64,000 nucleotides of DNA from Eledone cirrhosa (lineage: Eukaryota). The notes under the pieces are model-generated. The model was not told where the DNA came from, did not search any database, and was given only the letters and a program-made list of their open reading frames with translations. Every line of letters begins with the position of its first letter. Positions within the stretch are counted from its first letter, which is position 1. Position numbers and translations under genes: made by a program. Of the stretch, positions 27,649-41,898 are shown piece after piece. The stretch spans positions 282,348,001 to 282,412,000 of the forward strand of contig OZ024740.1 of the NCBI GenBank assembly GCA_964016885.1, read 5' to 3'.

Positions 27649-28109
27649 ACTAAAGGTTGTAGTTTAGGAGAATTGGTAGAGCATCGGATAAAAAATTTTT
27701 TTCCGGTATTTGTTCTGGTTCATTACATTCTGTTGTGGTCAACTTTACCTGTCTTCTTTCCGGGATCTATACAATAATGTACCAGTCAAATATTCAAGTT
27801 GAGTAACGGAACAGCATCCTTCTCCTAAATTAGCTGATCTCGAGTCTAAATTAAAAATCTATTTATCATACTCAACCGATTGGATAACTACATCTCGTAA
27901 GTATAATGGCTATTGCTTAGATTAGGAGTAGTGAATTTTCGGGAAACTTGGATGACATTTCTAGCATGACGAAGACCAGATAAATGCTCCTTGCTGGGTC
28001 TTAGATATATGTAGATAGATTGTTGTTCTTTAGCTCCAGTTCTACCATAATCGATTTAATTAATGGTTAAGTATTCCCTTGGATATTATAAAAATATTTT
28101 AGGAGAGAA

Positions 28110-28652
28110 AATAATTGTTTCTACCCCAGTTTATTTTATCGACCCCGTAAGGATGAAAGGCAAAGTTAACCTCGGCGGGATTTGAACTCAGAACGTAAAG
28201 AGCCATAAATAAGTCGTTGCTGCAAAGCATGGCGTCTGACGCTCTACCAATACTTCCAAGAGAAAATAATGGCTTCTTATATACGCACAGGGCCAACAAT
28301 TTGGGTGGAGGCCAAAGTCGATTAAATCGACCCCAGTGCGTTACTGGTACTTTATTTTATCGACCCCGTAAGGATGAAAGGCAAAGTTAACCTCGGTGGG
28401 ATTTGAACTCAGAACGTAAAGGGCCATAAATAACTCTATGCTGTAAAGCATGGTGTCTGACGCTCTACCAATACTGCCATGAGAAAATAATGCTGATGTA
28501 TAACTATCATTATTAAAGCCGAGGGCGGTAGATTGGCAGTATCAGTAGAGGGTCGGGCGCCATGCTTTCCAGGATAGTTACGTCCCTTTACGATCTGAGT
28601 TCAAATCCCGCCGAGGTTGACTTTGCCTTTCATCAAAAGTAGAAACAATTAT
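28110..28652. mobile_element. cluster of three SINE family A copies (28110-28258 minus, 28270-28480 minus, 28523-28652 plus)
   Basis: Each matches the family A head and core. Confidence 0.85.
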
Positions 28653-29789
28653 TATCATTATCAACTGACTTTCATAAAGATTAAAGTCGTTGATTATAAT
28701 TCCATAAACATCGTTTACAATAAATTGCAAAAAAATATTTAGGAGTGTTATTGCAAATAACTTCCATTATAGTCTGGAGGTTGAGCTCAACAAAAGCATG
28801 ACTATCAAGTAGAGATCTATCATTGTGTCATTAAATTAGTCTTAATTATTTCCAGAAGTTTTAAATAGAAAATATATTTAAATAGATCTAAACTTCCACT
28901 CCTTTCAGGAAGTATTAAGGAGTTTAGAATTCTCCATATAGAAACAAACGAGAATTGTTAATGCTGTCGTTTTGATATTATAAATATACAAACACATCTA
29001 AAAAAAAGAAGAAAACCGGATATGTCATTCTGAATTTCGTGATCATATTAGAATGAATTATAAAGGAAAGAAATATTCTAGGGCGAATTTATCAATCAAT
29101 ATTTAGTTACGTTTCCAAGAATATATGTCTGTAGGATATATTTCCGCTAAAAATGAAATACAAATGCTATAAGTTGAAATAACACTCCCAAACATTTAAT
29201 GTGTTTTGAGATGGGTTTTAAAAACTTTCATAATAATCTCAGAATTATATTCTTTATAGCTTAAAAAAATCTCAGTGACACCTTTCTAGGTATACGAATA
29301 GAGGTTTTTCAATACCTATGTTTAAGAAGTTTGCTTCGCAATAATAAAATCTCGGGTTTGATTCGATTGCGGGGCACCTGAGGAAAGTGTTATTCACAAT
29401 ATGTTCGGGTAGATCTAAGCCTCGTGGCTGAAGGTAGATTGATAGAAACTGCTTAGAAAGCCATTGCATGAACTCTGTATGTAATTTAGAAGGCCAGTCG
29501 CATGACACTGCGTCACGCACAATCACTTTGAGACTTACGTTATCGGTATACGCATCTGTGGAATAATCAACCACTTAATTTCGTTAGCAGGCGATTCTGT
29601 TGATAGAACAACACGAACACTCGTCGTTGAAACTACAGTAGGTCTATTCTATGTTTATCATACAACGCCATCATCCGATATATATGTCGGAGAGTAATGG
29701 AAATAGAGATGTTTAAAATATGAATATTTAAAACAGGCATTTTCCATAACTATAAGAATTGCAGTGACCGGGTCAGCTATGCGCCAGCC

Positions 29790-30055
29790 TCGGAATTCCA
29801 CCATCAGAAGAAGAGGGGTAGGTTTAAAAGCTAAAATCGCCATCTTCGGTTTAGTGTTCGTGACAATCCTTATCTATGGTCATGAATCTTCTCATAACGA
29901 CTTAAAACATACGATCACGAATACAAGCGGCCGAAATAGGGTTTCTGCGAATGATCTCTGGAGTAAGGTTACTCGCTAGGGTGTGTAACTCGGATGTCAG
30001 GAAGTTGCTTCTTGTAGAGCCACTACTTTTCCGAATGGAGGTATCACCCACTGCT
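29790..30055 (+). mobile_element. RTE LINE fragment
   Basis: LKAKIAIFGLVFVTILIYGHES. Homologous to 26750-26930. Confidence 0.7.
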
Positions 30056-30134
30056 ATATCTTCATCAACACCGTTTATAACAACATGTATATAAAAGGAT
30101 ATAAAAGAAAACATATTAGTATATATATATATAT

Positions 30135-30540
30135 ATGGTGGCTGCCAACTCGTTTTCGAGTACGGCCACTACTTTATATCGATGTAGGAGAACCCCTACT
30201 GATGCGCTGAACGAGTGTGACTTTTTAGTCCAGCCAGCAACTTGAAAACTCTGGTACAAACACTACACTTGTGACAATTATTGACACATAGTGCTGGGCC
30301 CATGGTACCATGTGACGACAAGTGCAGAGATATCTCCAGATATAAAGCAATGCCTGTGCTGTGAAGCTTTTATAGTGAGCAAAGGCACTGCACAAAGCCA
30401 GTCCCACTCTCTTAACCAAGATGATATTTACCAAAAAGAAGAACAAGTCAACATCATTGGATACCATCAAGGTTGCAGGTGTTATATCAGAGTTTTCCTT
30501 CTCCTAGAATTCTGCCTTGACAAAGGCTAAGGGGTCATCT
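30135..30540 (-). mobile_element. RTE-related non-autonomous family B
   Basis: Reverse complement of 36096-36516, about 90% similar by eye. Confidence 0.85.
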
Positions 30541-31319
30541 CATATATATATATATACATACACGAGGATGAGTAAAAAATTATCCGAACTTTCGTCATAA
30601 CATATCTTTATGTTCATCACACTGACTTCTGCACATGCGTGCTTTTAGTTGGTACTACTGTGGTCACTTGATCGAAGTTTGAGCTTGACTTCGCCAGTTT
30701 TCTTGCTGCTGTTACAGTGTAAATATATATAACAGTGTATATATAAAAACTCCTAAAATCATGTTAACGAATTATTATATGATATATTTAATAATAATTT
30801 TAGTTTGATATGTTGGCAAAACTTCACCATATAATATAGTCCAGGTCAATCTATTGCCATGAACGTTAAAAATAAAAAAAATATCGTCAGGGACTACTTA
30901 TTTTCTTTAAATATATTTATTAGTGAAGTCTTCCGTTCATTGGATATGTTCAATATTTGATACATTTGTTCTTTGTATACAAACAATCTTACTGATGGCG
31001 ATGAGCATCTTTGAAAAAAAGAAGAGAAACGCGACACGACGCGTCAGTGACTTCTGTAGTGAATGATATTTTTGTCAAGGTAAATTAGCTTTATCACACC
31101 AACGCCCAAACTGTGATGTTTATCAAAGAAAAAATTGACAAAGTTAAAGGCTTGCCAAGCAAGTGACGAATTCATAAATCGCTGCTCTATTTTAACCCAT
31201 ATTTCAGAGTAATATACAACTCATTGATCATTTTTAAATTCAATACCGAACGTACTTACATTTTTCGTTGTTTTCGATATACTTTCATAGGAAAGGCTGA
31301 TGAGAGTAATTCGATATAT

Positions 31320-31394
<75 letters not shown>

Positions 31395-31395
<1 letters not shown>

Positions 31396-32100
31396 CTCTC
31401 GTGCGCTAGAAGTAACGTGTAACGCAGTACAACCCGTTACCAGGTCGGATCGACGGTGACATAACTGGCAACCCCCTCAAGCTAGTTTGGAGAGGAGGGT
31501 GATTTTTTGACACCCTGCGGGAAGCAAAACAAAACCCACCGAACACCGGAGGAACTCATAAGAAGTTACTTTATTACATGGAGCAGCATAGGTCGTTGTG
31601 GAATGGGAAAGTGTAATAAAAATGAACTTTCGTTGTTGCAGAGGTGTTGGAAATTCGATCTTCTCAGAGAAATCATATGGTTCAGACAGGGAACAAATAC
31701 AAAGAGACCAGGATGCACCCACATTCACATCATTGGAATATTACTGATTATGTGATAGTAAGACGTAATGATTTGCGGGATATCAGATCTATCCGTTGCT
31801 CGAGATCGGTGAGTCTTGGATGGAGTACCGTCTCCTAAGAGAAACTCTAAGCGTTCGTGCTGGGAAAAAGATGAAACATGGCGACACCAAAGTGTAAATA
31901 GCTCACAATTGGCATGGCAAGAAAAACGAATTTTCAAGACACAGTTCAGCAAATTGGAGTCATCAACAGTGATGATGCATGACTGTCCTACAGCAAACAG
32001 CTTTATGAGGCAAGGCTCTCGTCATTAACAAACTTGATGATTCGGCCATGATGGAAGACGTTAAAACTGCAATGAGACGAATGAACACTGGCAAAGCACT
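31395..32100 (+). mobile_element. decayed RTE 5' UTR and endonuclease fragment
   Basis: MHPHSHHWNITDYVIVRRNDLRDI (end of RTE APE domain). The 5' part resembles 35945-36060. Confidence 0.7.
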
Positions 32101-32146
32101 TATGAAAGTAAATATAGTTATTGAAACGGGGTACTAAAATAAACGA

Positions 32147-32584
32147 TCCGTTTCATTTTTTCCGTTTATCGTTTTCGGTACCCCGGCCGATTAACTCAAT
32201 CGATATGCAAATTAGGCTGCTCAGTCGTTAATATGCATAAGGAAAGTATATACTTTCAGACGTTCAACAATCTGGCAGGAAGGTATACGTTGCTGACGAT
32301 AGCTAATAAGCTTGAAACTAGTAGAGCGTTCCTTTGTCAGTGTTGAACAAATGAGCAACGATGGCTGCTAGACACTGTATGGTTTAATTCGGGATGTTTG
32401 TTTACAAGCACACGAAGCATTATAATAAATGTTCGGTGAATCCATACGTACATGTGTGCATGTATGTATATACATACTACTGTACGTCTGTATACATATA
32501 TGTATGTACGTATACATACTTATATTTAAGTAACAGCCGTACTAAGAGTGAGAAAGGAAATTCCGTTTCATTTTTTCCGTTTAT
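32147..32584 (+). mobile_element. retrozyme-like ~415-nt unit with terminal direct repeats and an internal HHR
   Basis: tccgtttcattttttccgtttat at 32147 and at 32562. HHR at 32287-32329. Confidence 0.65.
32287..32329 (+). ncRNA. minimal type I hammerhead ribozyme
   Basis: acgttg-CTGACGA-t-agct-aata-agct-t-GAAA-ctag-TA-gagcgt. One stem I mismatch, which is corrected in the homolog at 22755. Confidence 0.75.
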
Positions 32585-32604
32585 ATATATATATATAATA
32601 TATA

Positions 32605-33905
32605 TTTGTGAAATGGGCGGTGGTTGAAATTCAGATGTGCACGGTTAAATGGTAGTAGACGTGGTCGGAATGACATGAAAATTTACACACATATGTAAAA
32701 AGTGCCAAGGAAGCAAATAGACGAGGTTTAGAATCTCTAACTTGAAAAATGTGGTCCCTGGGGCCCCCAAACTATCGCTTTCGGTGAGTTATTTCCCCCT
32801 GTTCTAATACTTTTGTCTTATTAACAATTTCATCAACGTTCTTTCGCTGTTAACATACAGTACCAATAATTTGAAAAATATTATTGAAAGTTTATTATAA
32901 AGAAGCAGTTTCAGGAAAAAGTGTAAATTATCTTACAAACCTTCATAATATGCATTTTTAAACTTGCATATCATCGACATTGCTATTTCGCTGTTAATAA
33001 ACTATCATCCTTCTACATTTAACGATCATACAGTACCGTTTTATGAAATTGATTCTGCAGTACGGTCACTGTTTTCCATCAAAAGAAATAAAATCCTTGG
33101 CGATACTTGGTTTTAGTGTCCTAAATGATCATCATCGACATTCAATTATTAGCCCCACCCACTACACGATACGTCACGAAGGTAAATGTTTCGGAAACAT
33201 TTTAAACTGTATATCGCAACAATGTTTAAAGAAATTTTTTTTCTGCTGTTAAAAACTGTAAATCTGTTAAAAAAAATGTATTTCGCAGCAATTTTTTTTC
33301 TGTTAAAAACTGTAAATAAATATTTATGTAAAAATGAAGCATAGTTTTTCTGTGAAAAACTGTAGATAAATATTTATTTTGTTCAAAAAATAAATCAAAA
33401 ATCTAATTTTCTCTGTTAATATTTTAATAAATATTTATTCTAAAAATTCAATGTTTTTTCGTGTAAAAATGAAGCATGTAAGAAAATGAACATGTAAAAA
33501 TCAAGCCGCAGCAGCAGCTGATGACGTGTCGTGACGTATCGTGTAGTGGGTGGAGCTAATAATTGAATGTCGATGATGATAATTTAGGACACTAAAACCA
33601 AGTATCGCCAAACCCTTAAATTGCGATGAAGGGACGCGTGTTTTTATTTTAATTCTAATACATGTTAACCATCACTAACAGTGAGTAGTATTTTTCAAAT
33701 TGCATATCATCGACATTGCTATTTCGCTGTTAATAAACAACGCTTTTCACGTCGCTCCACTTCTCATTGTACGCCGTACAGCCCCAAGTGCATATTTCTA
33801 TTTTTTTCTCCTGAAACTGCTTCTTTATAATAAACTTTCAATAATATTTTTCAAATTATTAACTTAATAAAAAGTGGCTTCGGGTGCAACCGGGCTCAGC
33901 TGCTA

Positions 33906-33907
<2 letters not shown>
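32605..33907 (-). mobile_element. Helentron/Helitron-like non-autonomous element with nested inverted repeats
   Basis: Minus-strand end tactagcagctgagcccggttgcacccg next to (TA)n. Internal IRs at 32865-32920/33801-33860 and 33097-33179/33529-33611. Confidence 0.55.
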
Positions 33908-33983
<76 letters not shown>

Positions 33984-34148
33984 GTGTGTGTATGTGTGTG
34001 TGTGTGTGTGTATGTACACAGAGATATCCACTGTAAGTTGTGGGTCTAGTCTGCATGAAGAACTCAATATAATCCATATGTTGAAAATGTCGTAGGTTAA
34101 AATAAATCCCGGAAAACAATAAAACATTAAAAGGAAAACAGAGTCATG

Positions 34149-34274
34149 ATATAAGTTAAAACAATGAAGTAAAAAATCAAGTCATTAGAAATATACTTCA
34201 CTGCTTCACACTTCATAAGCAGTGAAGTATATTTCTAATGACTTGATGTTTTATTTCATTGTTTTCACTTATAT
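34149..34274. repeat. ~125-bp palindrome
   Basis: tcaagtcattagaaatatacttcactgctt / aagcagtgaagtatatttctaatgacttga. Confidence 0.9.
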
Positions 34275-34460
34275 ATATATATGGTTTTTTTCCCTGGATT
34301 ACACAAAATCTGTGGATAAAATTTCTGTCTTGACTTTTTTTAATTGAGATTGAATTATTTTCCCATATCTTACGTTAAATATTTTCCATCTTGACCTAAT
34401 AGTCACTTATATATTATGAATTACTGTTGGCTTCTTGCTCACATTAATTTCTCTATTTTC

Positions 34461-35195
<735 letters not shown>

Positions 35196-35487
35196 CCCCT
35201 TTGAGTACCCCATACACCTTGATTTTGCATGTGGCATCTCTATCAAAGACTTCACTCTGCAGGTCGGCTAACACGGCACCACAAAGCATGCCACGCCAAC
35301 CAAACTTTATAAGGAGGGAAACTTTTCCTGCACTCTGTGTGGTATGACATAGAAGTCACTTCAAGGCTTGATGAGTCATTTAAAGCGGCATTAAATTCAA
35401 CAATATTAATAGAAAGTTTTTGCCAATGTCTGTTTTTTCTTTTGTTATGGCCATACTCGGACATAAGTTCTTTTCCATTAGGTATGT

Positions 35488-35935
35488 ATGACCCCTTAGC
35501 CTTTGTCAAGGCAGAATTCTAGGAGAAGGAAGACTCTGATATAACACCTGCAACCCTGATGGTATCCAATGATGTTGACTTGTTCTTCTTTTTAGTAAAT
35601 ATCATCTTGGTTAAGAGAGTGGGACTGGCTTTGTGCAGTGCTTTTGATAACTATAAAAGCTTCATGGCTCAGGCATTGCTTTATATCTGGAGATCTCTCT
35701 GCACTTGTCATCACATGGTACCATGGGCCCAGCACTATGTGTCAATAGTTGTCACAAGTGTAGTGTTTGTACCAGAGTTTTCAAGTTGCTGTCCGGACTA
35801 AAAAGTCACACTCGTTCAGCCCATCGGTTGGGGTTCTCCTACATGGATATAAAGTAGTGGCCGTACTCGAAAACGATTTGGCAGCCACCATGTATGTATG
35901 TATGTATGTATGTATGTATGTATGTATGTATGTAT
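35488..35935 (+). mobile_element. family B copy with (TATG)n tail
   Basis: Matches 36096-36516 and ends gcagccaccat+(gtat)n. Confidence 0.85.
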
Positions 35936-35939
35936 GCAT

Positions 35940-36515
35940 GTCTCATGGTCGGGTCGTTGGCGACTAAACTGGCAACCCCACTAAGGTTTCTTGGTGAGGA
36001 AGGTGACTTTGGACATCCTGAAGGACTAAAAACAAAACCTGTCAAAGGGCAAAAGAGCTCTTAAGAGTCAATGGCCATCCAAAATCACCGGGAGAGATGA
36101 CCCCTTAGCCTTTGTCAAGGCATAATTCTAGAAGAAGGAAAACTCTGATATAAGACCTGCAACTCTGATATAAGACTTGCAACTCTGATGGTATCCAATG
36201 ATGTTGACTTCTTCTTTTTGGTAAATATCATCTTGGTTAAGAGAGTGGGACTGGCTTTGTGCAGTGCCTTTGCTCACCATAAAAGCTTCACGGCACAGGC
36301 ATTGCTTTATATGTGGAGATCTTTCTGCACTTGTCGTCACATGGTACCATGGGCCCAGCACTATGTGTCAATAATTGTCACAACTGTAGTGTTTGTACCA
36401 GAGTTTTCAAGTTGCTGGCTGGACTAAAAAGTCACACTCGTTCAGCGCATCGGTAGGGGTTCTCCTACATGGATATAAAGTAGTGGCCGTACTCGAAAAC
36501 GAGTTGGCAGCCACC

Positions 36516-36548
<33 letters not shown>

Positions 36549-36575
36549 TGTATGTATGTATGTATGTATGTATGT
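35940..36575 (+). mobile_element. full-length family B copy (RTE-like 5' UTR head, non-coding body, (TATG)n tail)
   Basis: Head ggtcgggtcgttggcgactaaactggcaacccc is shared with the RTE 5' end at 31443 and with 37558-37692 (minus). Tandem to the previous copy. Confidence 0.8.
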
Positions 36576-36923
36576 ATATGTGTGTGTGTGTGTGTGGGTG
36601 TGTGTGTGTGTGTGTGTGTGTGCATGCGTGTGTGTGTGTGCGTGTGTGTATGCGTGTGCGCATATAGCAAGTAGAAATATTGGATAAATGAAATATTGAC
36701 GTAGTCAATGTTATGGTTCGTTACTCAAGCAGTATGCTTTTGTTAGATGACTAGCAATGCAGCTAAAGTGGTATGGACAGGAAAATTTAACCCACAAACA
36801 CCAATATCAAAAGAAATGTTACCACAAATTGCTAACCAGAATCACGTACAGGAACATCATAGACAGACACATACACATGCATACTCACACACACAAGCAC
36901 ACACTCACACACACGCGCGCACG

Positions 36924-36995
<72 letters not shown>

Positions 36996-37706
36996 GAGAG
37001 AGAGTCAGGGCACGACGGGTGAACTCTTGCCATTTCAACATCTATTTCCAGACTCAAATACTTTGTTGAATGATTGTATAACTTCTTTAAAACTGGTTTA
37101 ATCCTGATATACACGCATACACACATATATATATATATACATACATACATGATGATGGCTGCCCCCTCGTTATCGCGTATGGCCATTGCACGATATACCA
37201 TTATTAATAATTATTAATTAATTCTATGTGCGTGAAGATATTTTTAAAGTGAGGAAAGACCGTGCACTGAGCCAATCCCACTCTCTGAGCGAGAGTAGCT
37301 ATAACCCGAAATAAAGAAAAGATCAACATCATCGCAGGTATTATATCGGAGTTATCCCAGTTTCCTGATTTGCCTTCTCCTAGAAGACTGCCCTGACAAA
37401 GGCTATGGGTCTTTCACTCCCAGTGGTTTAACCGCGTGATCGGGTGTCGGGCCCGAGTATTTATATGTCTCGGCGCATATACATACACATGCACCCATGT
37501 ATAAACATATATTCATATACATACATATGTACATGTGTATATACATATTTACACACTTTTGGATGGCCGTTGAGTTCTTCCGTTCTTTGTCAGGGTTTGT
37601 TTTTTGTCCTGCAGGGTTTCAAAAATCACCCTCCTCACCAAGTAAACTTGGTGGGGTTGCCGGTTTAGTCACCGACGCCCCGACCATGCGACATACATAC
37701 AGACAT

Positions 37707-37780
<74 letters not shown>

Positions 37781-37796
37781 TAAAACAACAGATTAA

Positions 37797-37847
37797 AGTT
37801 TAAGCAAAGAATCGCTGCTTTCACCCTTAACGGGATCTTCTGAAACT
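37797..37847 (-). ncRNA. type I hammerhead with variant CAGAAGA core
   Basis: Minus strand: agttt-CAGAAGA-t-ccc-gttaa-ggg-t-GAAA-gca-gcgattctt-tgc-TT-aaact. All three stems pair. Located in the 3' region of PLE 38794-39965. Confidence 0.7.
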
Positions 37848-37937
37848 AACAAATTCAATTTGTAAACGCAGAAGTGGATATTTCAGAAAACGTTGCAACC
37901 GGAGGAAGACAGGAAGACGATACTTTGGTTTGTGGAA

Positions 37938-38196
37938 ACGTTCCCTGGCAAAGAACGGGAAAAAATGAATATAATACGTCATTAATAGGAGCGGGGAAAA
38001 ACAATTACACACAAAGAGAGAACCACGTTTTTGGTATAAAAGAAGTCGTAGACTAATGTTCTTTTAGGTGGTGCATAGAGACGTTCTCTGGCAATGAACA
38101 GAAAAAATGAAGATAATACGTCATATGTGGATCGTGGAGAACAATTGCACGCAAAGACAAAACCACGTAAATGGTATAGCTGAAGTCGTAGACTAA
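37938..38196. repeat. two diverged ~140-bp tandem units in the PLE 3' region
   Basis: acgttc..tggcaa..aaaaaatgaa.ataatacgtcat...aaccacgt...gaagtcgtagactaa occurs twice. Confidence 0.8.
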
Positions 38197-38793
38197 AATT
38201 CTAACTAGGAAACCGAATGATTCTCCGCTTCCGAGTAAATAATAAAGTAAATAAAATACAATACAGAGGTAATTGAAATTAAATAAATACATACACGAAT
38301 CCAAATACGTACATACACAAGCATACGCGAAAACACTCGCCATAGGTATACAAAACCACGCACATATAAATATGTGTGTGTGTGTGTGTGTGCGTGTATA
38401 CAAATAAATAAGTAATTAAATAAACGTATATAAATAAATAAATACGTATATCACAAGCGCACGCACATACCTACATGTAAATACACAAATGTTCGGAGAC
38501 GAACGTCAACCAAAACATGAAGTACGCATATACACGCACCCAAACACACGTACGAACCCGCATACTGACACAGACGCAAAACTCCCGTAAACACATAACC
38601 AAAAGCATATGTACCAGAATATATAAAAATATACGCCCTAACATATACAATCAAATATACGTATGAGAAAGTATAAGTACCTTCACAAAACATACAGGTA
38701 ATATATACTTACCTATGCAAATAAGTAATGGTATAAACACAACATATACTTAGCTACCACATCAAAGCGTAAAATATCCACGTATAGATCGTA

Positions 38794-39963
38794 CTATCCG
38801 TTAGGGTATAATGTGGGGCTGTAATACAGGAAAGTTTTGTGCAATTTATGTTTACAAGCCGAAATTGCCTCAGATTTTTTGTTTAAGATGTAGTCTGTGG
38901 CGTAGAGTATTTCCAGGGCCTCAGCGCCGCAGAGGTCACATGGTCTTTTATTTCTGTTATACGATCTAGCCCTAGCTAGGATCTCCAAGTGTAACTTATA
39001 TTGAGTGTGATTGTCTTTTAGACTCCAGATATAAGCTGAAAGTGACGTCATATTCCTTCTTAGAGGGTAACGAAAAGAATGGGTATGCATGTAAAGACGC
39101 TGCTTGAATCTATTGGCGGTTAACCCTATGTAGGCCCTACGGGACGTGGGTGTTTCAACCTTACATTTGTAGACAATGTTACTAGAGAGGCATTTCCCGG
39201 ATAGGGGGCAATCAACCCGATTGCTACAATTACAGTTAGTACTAACCACAGGGTTGCACGTGTTCCTACGGCTAGGTTTGAAGCTAAATTTGAAGCTGTG
39301 ATATTATGTGCAAGGTTAGGAGTCGTAGAGTAAGAAATTTTAATAGTATTTCTATTAAAATTTTACTATATTTATGTGTAGGGGGAAAATGCTTCGTAAT
39401 AAGGGATAGAATATCTTAGCTAACGGTGTGGCCACCTCCATATTATATGGTGGGTTATACCATATAATGCGACGGGATCTATTTCTTCTAGGTCTATTCT
39501 CGTACTCTGTATACGCTACCTTATCGACAAATCCACTCCGAGCAAGAGCTTCATTGTAATAAGTGGAATGGTCGTTGAAAATATGCTCGTTAGTAGATAG
39601 ACGGGAAAGCCTCAACGAAACATTTCTTACCAGGATCTTGGTTATGCTGGCAGGATGGTTGGAATGCTTACTAATGTAATTAAGCGTATCATTCGGCTTT
39701 CTATACGGGTAATACAAGCCATTCGATAATTTGAAGGTAACGTCGAGGTAATTAACGACCGAGAGGTTGGCCTCAACCTGTATAGAGAGGTTGAAGCCTT
39801 TAATGAAGGCTGTGAGTTCTTTTCTGAACCTGTCGCAAGCACGAGGGCCGCACTTAGTCATGGTCAAAAGACCATCATCACGATACAAACCACCGCCCGC
39901 GTTGGGGAATTCGTCCTTGATAGAGAAAAGAAGGAAAAGGCCGATAAGATCAGTAACCTCCGC

Positions 39964-39965
<2 letters not shown>
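38794..39965 (-). mobile_element. 5'-truncated Penelope-like element (RT C-terminus + GIY-YIG)
   Basis: GGGLYRDDGL, YLDVTF, YISKHSNHP, WYNPPY; CNC..CPLSGKC, IVYKCKV..AYIGLTANRFKQRLYMH, CDLC, LNKKSE. Truncated at (TA)n. Confidence 0.92.
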
Positions 39966-40053
<88 letters not shown>

Positions 40054-40251
40054 AAGGGAAGTAAGGTTCTATATTAAACAGAGGATATAGAGAAAAGGTG
40101 AAGTTGGAAATAGCACGGAAATATATATTAGGGTCTGTTTTTCTTTTCTGTTTTCCTTTCTTTGATTCGTCTAAGTGACGATATTGAAAAGATGACATTA
40201 TTAAAAAATTAGAGGGACAATTCTTTTAAAAAAAAGTTTCATCTTTTCTCT

Positions 40252-40395
<144 letters not shown>

Positions 40396-40452
40396 TATAT
40401 TATATTATATTATATTTTATTATATTATATTTTATTATATTATATATACTAA

Positions 40453-40628
40453 GGGCGGTGAATTGGCTGTATCGGTAGAGGGTTCCGACATAGTTACGTC
40501 CCTTTACGGGCTGAGTTCAAATCCCGTCGAGGTTGACTTTGCCTTTCATTCTTACCGGGTCGATAAAATAAAGTACCAGTAATGAACTGGGTAATTGCTG
40601 GCCTTGTGCCAAAAGTAGAAACAATTAT
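40453..40628 (+). mobile_element. SINE family A
   Basis: Consensus match. Confidence 0.88.
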
Positions 40629-41129
40629 ATTATATATACTAGCAGAAAAACCACTCTCCGAGTGGTTTTCTGCTAGCATGTGTAGTGTACACAAATATAT
40701 ATGCATGTAGATATGATACATCAAATAAAATCGTAATTGACAATATACACAGAAATTGAACGAAGTCTATGTTACACTGTCTTATGTAACTAGTAACGTA
40801 ATCCATGATACATTTAAAAAAAGACGATATTATATATAAACTGCATTAGGAGAAAATTAGCGACGGAAATATATGCGATATTTTTATAAGCGTTATAATA
40901 TAACGGCCGCTAACCGGAAGTGTTGACATTTAAAACTTTTAAAGAAGTGAATTTTAAAGATCTTTAAATAAGCTATAAAATATATTTAATCAACAGCCAC
41001 GAAATTTAGCACATACATTATGTAATATTCATTCATTATTTATTTATTCAAAGTAATCCAACTTATTTTACAAACGGGGTAAACAAATATATTCTGGACG
41101 CAAACCCGCACTCCTTTCTTTATTATAAT

Positions 41130-41186
<57 letters not shown>

Positions 41187-41199
41187 GTGTGTGTGTGTA

Positions 41200-41275
<76 letters not shown>

Positions 41276-41898
41276 GATTGGTGCTCTGAAATAGCGATGT
41301 ATACATGAATGTATGTATAGTATATTTGGCAATATACCGTATGTTTAATTAAAAACATTTTGAAGACCTTGCGCTATCATTTTAAAGTAGTGACTATGTC
41401 ACTTACTTCTTTTTTCGTCAAAGGAAGGGAGAGAAGCTGACAGATTCTGTTTCACACTGTTGGTGTTCCTCAGAGCAACGTACAGGCCGACCTCTACCGA
41501 AAATTATAGAGGCTGGATTCTTATAGAACTGATTATACAGAGCGATTGCCGTATGTATATATATATCTGGAACTTAGTAATATAAGCCACCCCTCTTTCA
41601 TATTTTTGTTGTTTTTTCACTTCAGATTATGATCTTTTTTCCCGGAGATTCTTCACTTAAAATTATAACAAATTTCCAGCCGATCAGCATAAATAGTTTT
41701 CCAAGAGATGTCAACACGAATGGACCTGTTATTTTTATCTAAAGACATGTTTTTTTCAAATCCACCCCACACGTTAAATAACGCTTTCAGATGAATTAAA
41801 ACTGTTTTTACCTTGGCTTAATCACATGTTCACTTATTTATTTATATATATATTTACTGTGTTTACTTTTACACATATTAATATTATAATGCTCAGAA

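Noticed and set aside
30225-30530. Recurrent ORF MVSNDVDLFFFLVNII... in several places
   Set aside because: Occurs only within repeat family B, with no recognisable domain; similarity reflects repeat identity.
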